In this document: in pieces, positions 53,785 to 64,000 of the stretch
Numbering within the stretch: position 1 is the first letter of the stretch
Layout of the letters: the number at the start of each line of letters is the position of its first letter
Source of the DNA: Octopus vulgaris
Lineage: Eukaryota
Direction of reading: 5' to 3'
Assembly: GCA_951406725.2 (NCBI GenBank)
Contig: OX597831.1
Span: forward strand, 29,760,001-29,824,000
DNA: 64,000 bases
Notes under the pieces: model-generated
Seen by the model: the letters and a program-made list of their open reading frames with translations, nothing else
Databases searched by the model: none
What the model was told of the DNA's origin: nothing
Made by a program: the position numbers and the translations under genes

Positions 53785-54524
53785 TATATATATATAAATA
53801 TATATATTTCAGGCACACACATATACATATATACTCTATAGGCACAAACATACGCACACATACAAACACTTTTAAGCGACGATTTGAGGAAGAGACGTTT
53901 CTCCGCCATGCATAGATCACATCTTTCATTTCCGTTTGTAAGGCTTTGATGTTTCAATAATTTTCTTTTTGATGTCATAATTGAAAGTTGGTTCTTATAA
54001 TTGGTAGATACTGTTGCTTACTTTTATTGCATTTTGTCTTATAGACGAGTATCAAAAAAAAATTATGGTTATACAATATCTGTTTAAACTTCCCTGCAGT
54101 CATGCCTTTCATGCTACATCATGGTTTATTTTTATGGAAGTACCTTCTAATATATATATACGCAGAAGTGTTTGGGATGCTTTCTGAAAACGAATACCAC
54201 AGTGCTGTGTGTTTATACTGTATATCTACGCCAATATATGCAAAAGCTTTTCTGAACTCATACTGCTTTTGTGGCAAATAACTATTTATTATGTTCTTTA
54301 TATTTTGGATGCAACTGTAAATTAATTTAATATTTTGTTTGTTAAAATATCCTTATATATATTATAATTGGTGGAAACGTTTTTGCAATATTGGATTTAA
54401 AACTTAATTTCAAAAAGACGTATGCACTATATCATGTTACAGTGCTATTAATTTGGTGGGGGAATGCGTGAATAGGTAAATTTGTACTTAAGTCTACTTC
54501 CCAGGAAATCATTAATGCAGGAAA

Positions 54525-54740
54525 GACAAAGGCAGAAAGTTAACCGAATCGTTAGCGCGTCAGACAAAATGATTAGCGGCATTTCTTCTGGCTCAATACG
54601 TTCTGAGTTCAAATTCTGCTGAGGTCAACTTTGCCTTTCATCCTTTCAAAATCGATAAAACGAAATTCCAGTTGAAATCTGGAGTCTATGTGATCGACTT
54701 GTCTTCTCCTACAATTGCTCGCCTTGTAACAAAATTTAAA
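54525..54740 (+). mobile_element. SINE family C, diverged
   Basis: GTTCTGAGTTCAAATTCTGCTGAGGTCAACTTTGCCTTTCATCCTTTC. Confidence 0.8.
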
Positions 54741-55204
54741 ACTTTAATTATACAAGAGAGATGATTTTCAAAGAATTCTTTATCCGAAATACAATTAGAA
54801 ATCCTCCTGCAAGTATTATTGAGAAGGTGTTTCAAAACTATAGGTGGATGGTATGACTCCATTTTAATATAAATTAGGCTTTATATAGAGTTTTTTTTAA
54901 GTCTTTCAGTAATTTAGTGAATCAATTAAGTTACGATCAAGGCATTTAACTGGTGTTGAACCAGTGGCTTTCATTAAATTTAGAGTTAAAGTAGTAAATA
55001 CGAGATTTATTACCTCTTTTCTAGGAACTAATGGCTGTTAGTTTGAAATTGTGTTTATAGTTAATCGATCTTATATACACAGCATAAACACATCTAGGTA
55101 AACACGCCAAGCTATATGCATATATATGCATATGTACAAAAATACTGACATAAATATGTGTATGTGTAAACATATATATACCTGTACATACATACATACA
55201 TACT

Positions 55205-55279
<75 letters not shown>

Positions 55280-55408
55280 TTATACATATTTATTTTCATT
55301 TCTACATTCATTCTCCTATTTCCCTATATACTCCTTATTTGCTTCCGTTTCCAGAATAACTTCTCATATTGAACTCTAATATTTCACTCAATTAACCATC
55401 TCACATCT

Positions 55409-55454
55409 TCTCTGATGAAGAGATATCCCTAATATCCCAGAAACAGCTGTAAGA
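55409..55454 (+). ncRNA. Type I hammerhead motif, partly degenerate
   Basis: TCT-CTGATGA-A-GAGATAT cccta ATATCCC-A-GAAAC AGCT GTA-AGA. Stem III is palindromic; stem I is only 3 bp and there is an A.A mismatch at the base of stem II. Confidence 0.65.
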
Positions 55455-55512
55455 CTAACTTTCTCTTTATAAATGTTCTAAAAATTCCACACAGCCTTGC
55501 TTAACACACAAA

Positions 55513-55613
<101 letters not shown>

Positions 55614-55861
55614 TTCACAAATACATACGCACCTGTATATGTATAATAGTACATTCATTTTGTATATATGTGTGTTATAAGTATATAAGTATGGACGTTT
55701 GTGTGTATGCACCAGCTTATGTGTGTATATATGTGAGTGTGTATATATGTGTGTGTATATATGTGTGTGTGTATATGTGTGTGTGCGTGCATGTGCGTGT
55801 GTGTGTGTGTGTGTATCCTTACATATGTGTATGTATTTACTTACGTATACATATAGATATA

Positions 55862-56705
55862 TAGAGTGCGGTGAATATGTCAAAATTTCGCGAAAATGAA
55901 ATAACAATTGACATTTCATTTTAACAGATATATTTACCAAAATTACATAAAAATATCTTGAAATACTAAAGAGTAAATTTTTTAAATGAAATCACTATTG
56001 TCTTCAACCACGGCCTCCAGACGACTTCGGAATTTCCTGCAACACTTCTGGATGGTCTCCTTGTTTAAGTTGGTGAATGCTGCCATAATCCTTTCCACCA
56101 GTTCATCTTTAGTGTTACAAGGAGTTTTGCTGGTCTCTCGTTCAACTGCGCCCCACACATAATAATCAAGGAGGTTGCGGTTTGGGGAGTTACGTGGAGA
56201 GATGTTAGGGGTAATGTGGTCGCAGAAATTGTTTGATAACCATGGCTGGGTTCTCCTGCTTGTGTGGCATGGTGCAGAGTCCTGTTGCCTGAAAATAGGG
56301 TCTTCCAGCAGACACCCTCTTGACGCAGGGTAGCAGTACCGTCTCCAGGCACTTGATATAGGCCTCTGTGTTACGTCTGAGGCCGTGTGGGAAGATGAAT
56401 GAGTCATAAAGTCGTCATCACTAGCGATCACTCGAAACACCATGATGTTGACTGGATGTTTGATTTTTGTCGGTACATGTTTTGGGGAGACAGCAAACCA
56501 ACGGTTGTTCTGTGTGTTCACCATCTGTTCGTAATGGACCTTCCGGCACAAATGCCAAGCAGTACAGCATATCGTTTCCAAATTTCTGACAGAGTTAATT
56601 GCGTCATGGGGCTGTTTTTCTCACAGATAGTTCCCAACTGACCTTACTATACTGTGTAGTCGACAAAATCAAAAACAAACAATGCGCATGCGCGGTATTA
56701 AAACT
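55862..56705 (-). mobile_element. Tc1/mariner (DD37D/maT-like) transposase remnant
   Basis: ORF 55982-56581 contains QNNRW...KHPVNIMVF...QQDSAPCHTSRRTQPWL...SPRNSPNRNLLDYYVWGAVE (catalytic region), with frameshift scars. Confidence 0.88.
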
Positions 56706-56741
56706 ATATATATATATATATATATATATAATGTCGTTGTA

Positions 56742-57078
56742 TTCCGTCGGTTATGATGACGAGGGTTCCTGTTGACCCGATCAACGGAACAGTCTGCTCA
56801 TGAAATTGACGTGCAACTGGCTGAGCATTTCACATACACGTGTACTCTTAACGTAGTTCTCGGCGAGATTCAGCGTGACAAGGCTGGCCCTTTGAAATAC
56901 AAGTACAACAGAAACAGGAAGAAAGGGTGAGAGAAAGTTGTGGTAAAATAGTTCTGCAGGCTTCGCCACCACCCCCTGCCGGAGTCCTGAGGAGCTTCAG
57001 GCGTTTCCCGGTCTGGGAATCGAAACTGCGATCAACGACTGCGAATCCGCTGCCCTAACCAATGGACCATTACACCTG
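56742..57078 (-). mobile_element. SINE family B head with E-type tail, diverged
   Basis: Homologous to 46148-46525. Confidence 0.8.
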
Positions 57079-57092
57079 CACACACACACACG

Positions 57093-57171
<79 letters not shown>

Positions 57172-57234
57172 TGTGTGTTATTGAATATATATAGAGAGAG
57201 TATATATATATATATATATGTATAAGTATACGTA

Positions 57235-57275
<41 letters not shown>

Positions 57276-57730
57276 TATATTTATATACACATTCATACAC
57301 GCATACACACATGCACATACACATATGTATACACACACACATATGCCCATGCATACATGACATATACTTTTTTCTAAGAAAGCCAACTAACAACATAGAT
57401 GTCAGTTTCCTAAAAAAAAATTACATCAGACAAGAGGAAAAAATCCTCAACTCATCTCGTGTTCTTAAAATCACAAACTGAGAAGCGGGTAGATTATCTG
57501 GGTGGTTGTGTACCCCCTACTGCTTATATTAGTGTTGGCGTCAATTAACGAGCATTTGAAGACACATAAGAACTTCTGGCTCTCCTCAGATATCTACACA
57601 CCACCAACAATGTGAGCGCAATAGTATCGTATACGGCACCAAACACTTGTGCCTGCCGTGTGTTTACAACAGTATATTAGCTTAATGAAAACATTATCCA
57701 CACACACACATATACAAACATGTATGTGTG

Positions 57731-57782
<52 letters not shown>

Positions 57783-57867
57783 CATATATATATATATACA
57801 TATATATATCTGTAGATTTATATATGTCTATGTATATATACACGTACATATGCATATATACACGTAC

Positions 57868-57907
<40 letters not shown>

Positions 57908-57948
57908 CTGCATATGTGTATATATGTATACAAATATATATATATATG

Positions 57949-58012
<64 letters not shown>

Positions 58013-58050
58013 TATATGTATATATATATATGTATATATATATATGTATG

Positions 58051-58165
<115 letters not shown>

Positions 58166-58631
58166 GAATATGCGTATATATATGTATATGAATGTACATG
58201 TATGTATGTATGTGTGTGTGTGTACAAGCATATATGAACACAAACGTGTGTATGTACGTCCATATATGTCAATGTGTGTATGTGAATATATGTGTGTGTA
58301 CGTATGCGTGTTCATATATACACACTCCAACACATACGCACATATACCGTATGCGTACGTAAATGTATTTGTATATATGTACGTATACTCATTTTTCAGT
58401 TAAATTACAATTTGTTTGTTGATAATAATGAGTGCGAGTGCGCGCCTGTGTATCTTATATTGGATCACTGATAAGGGTGGAGCTATGAGGTAGTTATTGG
58501 CATTAGATCACAAAGAAAAACACCCTGAACAAATACTTATTGTAGTTTCTACCCGCCTGTCTGTGTCTACGTCTATCTATTTCTGTCTGTCTATGATTCT
58601 AATTGTTCTTCTATCTATCTATCTATCTATC

Positions 58632-58668
<37 letters not shown>

Positions 58669-58678
58669 ATGTATATAA

Positions 58679-58769
<91 letters not shown>

Positions 58770-58854
58770 CATATATATATAAACACACACATACATATAT
58801 ATATACATATATATATATACATATACATATACATATATATACATATATATATAC

Positions 58855-58968
<114 letters not shown>

Positions 58969-59022
58969 CTCACTATATTGTGTTCAGTTTCTCTGTATGG
59001 CACCTTGGTCAAATGACTTCTA

Positions 59023-59774
59023 CAGGGTGACGCAGAGAGGAAGGACGTTTTTGAAAAATTCACAAAAATCATTAATTTTAGGTGTAAGCAAATTTTATTG
59101 ACATCAATGTGTTCGTATTGAAATAACATTTGTCAGAATCAAGTGTGGAAAACAACATCCATCATGTGCTGTCCGTTTTCATTGATGCATTTCTGAAAGC
59201 GTTCTTGGAAGTTGGCCTTCACTCTCTCTCCAGCATTGCTCTGTACATAGCTCCATGGTCTCAACTGTTGCCCAATGACCAATTTGTAAGTGTGGAAAAG
59301 CAGGTCTTCATGCAAAATACGCCTTACCGATTGATTACTGATGCCAAGTTCAGTGGAATGCCTCGGAGCGGAGCGATTCTGACTCCGTATCAAAGTTTGT
59401 CTGACGCGTTCCACATTTTCCAGGTCTGTACAGTTCGTGGCGCCCCCACCGGTCTCCTATTCATTAATGTACCTCGTGTACGAAGTGCATTCACCCAACG
59501 TAAGATTGTGTTACGAGTTGGAACAGCCTGGTTTCGGTGTATGTTGAAGTGGTGCCGAAACTCACGCTGAAATGCTGTGACAGACTGGTTATTCTTCACG
59601 TAACTGTAGTAGGCAAACACGTGATGCTCTATCGTCCACAGCGCCATGGCTTCACCCGAAAAGAAAAAAAAAATGCTAAGACACCACGGACCGAATGGTA
59701 CCGAGCGGACATATGGCCCGCCTACTGGCACTGAATAATAGCCATTTCAAAAACGTCCTCTCTACTCCACCCTG
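59023..59774 (-). mobile_element. Internally deleted Tc1/mariner element with TIRs and TA TSD
   Basis: TA|CAGGGTG...GGACGTTTTTGAAA and TTTCAAAAACGTCC...CACCCTG|TA. ORF from 59647 reads MALWTIEHHVFAY...AFQREFRHHF...PTRNTILRWV (HTH); the catalytic core is deleted. Confidence 0.9.
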
Positions 59775-60138
59775 TATTATAGTTCTAAGCCAACAAAACC
59801 CTTGTAACTGGATTTGGTAGACAGGAATTGAAATATGTACATATGTATGTATGTATGTATATGTGTGGTTGAATATGTATGTGTGTGTACAAACTCACAT
59901 ACATATTCAACGTTTCTGATGATTGTAAAGCCTTTTCTTAAATGTTCTTTCGGTCATGCCAATTCAGTGATTGTTTAGTGATATCGGTGTTGAGATTTAT
60001 TGAGTACATTTCACATATTGACAGCCTCTCCCTTACAAAACCCATTCAGCTTACATTTGCTGCTGGCTCTACATGAAGATCATCATGTAGGTATCGTAGA
60101 TTAACGGAATATATTTTTCTTCATAATAGACATGAAAT

Positions 60139-60365
60139 GTGGAGGCACATGGCTTAGTGGTTAAGTTGTAGGACTCATGATCGTAAGAATGTAGTTTCGA
60201 TTCCTGGAGTAGGTGATGCGTTGTGTTCTTGAGCAAAACACTTCATTTCACGTTGATCCTCTCCACTCAGCTGATAAAAATGAGCAAATCCTGCGACGGA
60301 CCGGTGCCCCGTCCAAAGAGGAATATATATGCCAGAGAAACCGAGAAGTTGGCCCTATGCCCCTT
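60139..60365 (+). mobile_element. CORE-type SINE, diverged
   Basis: GGAGGCACATGGCTTAGTGGTTAAG...TTCTTGAGCAAAACACTTCATTTCACGTTG. Confidence 0.8.
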
Positions 60366-60591
60366 ACGGAGTGATGTGGACTACACACCAATGTCACATA
60401 CTTAGCGTATACACGCTGTTAAACGATTTTCATTCTGCAGTATTTCGTCCAAAGAAAGTCCCTTTAAAGACGTAGAATATTTATAGAAACACAGTATATT
60501 TCAAAGTAAGGCGAAACGAATCGTCCCGGAGGTGAACGAGAACAACAGATTTTGCTGTCATTTCTGCTCATTTGTACTGTATACTCGATAC

Positions 60592-60893
60592 GATAACGAT
60601 AAACGTCACCCTTTTCAAGCCTAGCCAGGCTCATGGGTCCGGTTTCCCGGTTTCTGTGGCGTATGTGTTCCCCCCAGCTGGACAGGACGCCAGTCCATTG
60701 CAGCGTTACTCAAGAAACAGAAAGAGAGAGTGAGAGAAATTTGTGGCGAAAGAGTACAACAGGGGTTGCCACCACCCCATGCCTGTGCATCGTGGAGCTT
60801 TTACGTGTTTTCGCTCAATAAACACATACAACGCCCGGTCTGGGAATCGAAACCGCGAGTCCGCTGCCCTAACCACTGGGCCATTGCGCCTCC
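60592..60893 (-). mobile_element. SINE family B with 13-bp TSD
   Basis: GTATACTCGATAC at 60579-60591 and 60894-60906. Confidence 0.9.
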
Positions 60894-61117
60894 GTATACT
60901 CGATACACCCGAAACGAATTGGCCTGAAGTGTATACAGATAGCATATGTGGCACGGATAATATTTACATTATAGAGCCAATTCTAACACAAAATTTTAAT
61001 ATCTTACTTTATTAACATTGTTAAACCTCCATAAAACTATCATAGTTTCTGCTTGTACACGAGTTTTTTTTATCTGTCCATCGCATCTCCATCTTCCTGT
61101 ACTCTCTATGCTTATAG

Positions 61118-61148
<31 letters not shown>

Positions 61149-61212
61149 TGTATGTATGTATGTATGTATGTATGTATGTATGTATGTATGTATGTATGTA
61201 TGTATGTGTGTG

Positions 61213-61465
61213 TGGAGGCGCGTGGCTTAGTGGTTAGGGTATCAGCATCATGATCGTAAGATTGTGGTTTTGATTCCTGGACCGGGCGACGCGTGGTTTT
61301 CTTGAGCAAAACACTTCATTTCACGTTGCTCCAGTCCACTCAGCTGGCAAAAATGAGTAACGCTGTGATGAACTGGCGTCCCATCCAGCTGGGGAACACA
61401 TACGCCATAGAAACCGGGAAAACGGGCCCATGAGCCTGGCTAGGCTTTAAAAGGGCGCATTTATT
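61213..61465 (+). mobile_element. CORE-type SINE sharing the family B tail
   Basis: CORE segment followed by GAGTAACGCTGTGATGAACTGGCGTCCCATCCAGCTGGGG...GGCTAGGCTTTAAAAGGGCGCAT. Confidence 0.88.
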
Positions 61466-62809
61466 TTATTTTTTATGTATGTATGTATGTATGTATGTAT
61501 GTATACATTAAGTGACCTATAAGCAAAAGGAATACTTTGTTGTGCCATAAAGATCCATCTTGCTGTGATTACAGAAAAAAGCCGGGTTTCTTCCATCCGC
61601 GTCGGAATGTCTTCAATTTGTTCTTTCCAACAGTTACGCCGAGCAATTTGTGTGGATGTGCATGCGTTTGTGTATGGGAATGTGTGTTGTGTGTGTGTTT
61701 GTGTGTGTGTGTATGTGTGTGTGTATGCGTGTGTCTGTGTGTGCTATTTATCTTCCTTTATTTACATACACTCTCAAACATTCTCTCTCTCACACACACA
61801 CACACATTTATACATAGGATGTTTACCGCCATACTGACGTATGCGCATTTGTGTGTATGTGTGTGTGTATGTGTGTGTGTATGTGTGTGTGTGTGCGTAT
61901 ACAGATAGATATAAATAACTATATCTATACATACGCACACACAGAAACATGTGTTTGCATATATTTATATAGCATATTATGTATATGTATGTATGCATGT
62001 ACATGTAGTGCATATGAGGCTATCCACCGTACACACACACAGACACGTGTGTATGTGTATGAATATGTGTATGAATGTGCGCGTATGTGCGTGTGTACGT
62101 GACTCTTTTATGTGTGTGTGTTTCTGTGTGTGTGTGTATGAGTGCGCGCAGTTGTGTGACCGAGCTATTTTTAGACCAGTTGAACGTACAGCATGTCCTG
62201 AAACAGTTACAGGAGCCAGGAGGACACCATTATTAGCAGAGAAGATTTCTGGTCTCTTCCTGACTTCACAAGGAACAAACCATTGCACTCATCTCCCTCT
62301 CTTCCTTATTCCTTCCCCCTCCATCATCCCCCCACTCTCTTTCTCTCTCTCCCTCTACACTATATAACCCCCCTCTCTTTCTCTTGCTCTCTCTTTTGAT
62401 TCTCGTCGACATTCCCTTATCCGTCTCTGCTATTTTCTCTCTCACTCGTTCACCTCCTCCCACCTTATATCACCATCCTTCTCTCTTTCTCAGTCTTTCT
62501 TTCTCTCTCTCACACGCGCGCGCGCACACACTCACACGCGCGCGCGCACACACTCACACATATACATACACACCCATTTACAAATGTTGTATACGCATTT
62601 AAACACAACCTCCCGCTAACAAAGACAACATAACGAATGTTGTTCTTGTGGCGATTGTGATGTTTGTGTTGGATGTTGTAGTCGCAGTAGTAGCGGTGAT
62701 GGTGATGGTGGTACTGGTGGTGGTGGTGATAGTGGTGATGGATTTGTTGGTGGTAGTGGTGCTCGTCGCCATCGTTGCGTTGGTCTCCTTGTATTTATAA
62801 GTTTTCTTA

Positions 62810-63510
62810 AGGCAGCGACCTGACGGAACCTTTAGCACCCCGGGCAAAATGCGTTGCGCCATTTCGTCAGTCCGTCTTTACGTTCCGAGTTCAAATTCCG
62901 CTGAGGTCGATCGATTTTGCTTTTCATACTTTCGGAATTGATAAAAAGAATACTACCAGTCGGACATTGGGGTCGATGTAATTGACTAGCTCTCACCCCC
63001 GGTATTGCTGGCCTTGTGCCAGACTTTGAAGCCTATGTCTTATTAAGGCGGCGAGCTGGCAGAAACGTTAGCGCGCCGGGCGAAATGCGTAGCCGTATTT
63101 CGTCTGCCGTTACGTTCTGAGTTCAAATTCCGCCGAGGTCGACTTTGACTTTCATCCTTTCGGGGTCGATTAAATAAGTACCAGTTACGCACTGGGGTCG
63201 ATGTAATCGACTTAATCTGTTTGTCTGTCCTTGTTTGTCCCCTCTGTGTTTAGCCCCTTGTGGGTAGTAAAGAGATGAAAATCGTTAGCACAGCAACATT
63301 TCTTGCAGATCTTCACGTTCTGAGTTCAAATTCCGCCGAGGTTGATCGACTTCGCCTTTCATACTTTCGGAGTTGATAAAAAAATTTTTTTTAAGTACCA
63401 GTCGGAGTTCGGGGCCGATAAAATAAGAAGAAGTTGAGTAATGAGGTCCGATGTAAATCAACTTCGCCCCCTCTATCAAAATTTCACACCTCGTGCCTAG
63501 ACGAGAAAGA
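62810..63510 (+). mobile_element. Three tandem family C SINEs (near-consensus copy at 63047-63272)
   Basis: Repeated family C cores. Confidence 0.85.
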
Positions 63511-63513
63511 ATT

Positions 63514-63885
63514 AGTCATTTGACTGGCGCCATGCTGGAGCAGCCGCGTTAAAGAGTTTTAGTCGAAGAAATCGACTCTTTGTAAGCCTAGTACTTATTT
63601 TATCGATGTCTTTTGCAGAACTGCTAGCTTACGGAGACGTAAACACACCAACATCGGTTGTCAAGCGATGGTGGGGGGACAAACACTGACACAAAGACAC
63701 ATATGTAAATATATATTCATATATATATACAACGGACTTCTTTCAGTTTCCGTCTACCAAATCCACTTACAATGCTTTAGACGGCCCGAGGCAATGGTAG
63801 AACACACTTACCCAAGGTGCCACGCAGTGGCCTTGAACTCGGAACCATGTGGTTGGGAAGCAAGCTTCTTAACCACACAGTCACA
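63514..63885 (-). mobile_element. SINE family A
   Basis: Consensus body and head. Confidence 0.85.
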
Positions 63886-64000
63886 ATTATTACATTCATC
63901 AAGAATATAACATAGGCGTCACGAAAATAATATAATTTAATTATCGAGATCGTTTTAATTGAATACCCCCACTCCATATTATGCCTAAGTCAAAAAGTGT

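Noticed and set aside
57520-57592. Minus-strand CTGAGGA-GAGC...GCTC
   Set aside because: Followed by GTTA rather than GAAA; no cleavage triplet or stem I.

Overview
Eukaryotic, AT-rich, non-coding (intergenic or intronic) DNA. The dense (TA)n/(CA)n/(CATA)n/(GATA)n/(TAA)n microsatellites and the tRNA-headed SINE families look like an Octopus (coleoid cephalopod) genome; this is recognition from memory, not a database result. No host protein-coding exon could be supported, and almost every listed ORF is a translated microsatellite or SINE. Recognisable content: dozens of SINE copies in at least four modular families, LINE fragments (RTE, R4/Dong, L1/Tx1, L2/CR1-like), three Tc1/mariner remnants, a hAT (Buster/Charlie-type) relic with an 8-bp TSD, a pogo/Tigger-like MITE, several minisatellites and a degenerate (CCCTAA)n tract. 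The most interesting signal is a set of type I hammerhead ribozyme motifs (CUGANGA...GAAA...GUH), mostly unrelated to each other outside the core and sitting in short islands next to microsatellites. Five of them lie within 44.1-47.8 kb. One belongs to a roughly 477-bp terminally redundant unit whose end falls 2 nt from the predicted self-cleavage site, suggesting a retrozyme-like or non-autonomous Penelope-type element. All structures were folded by eye; none was computed or tested.
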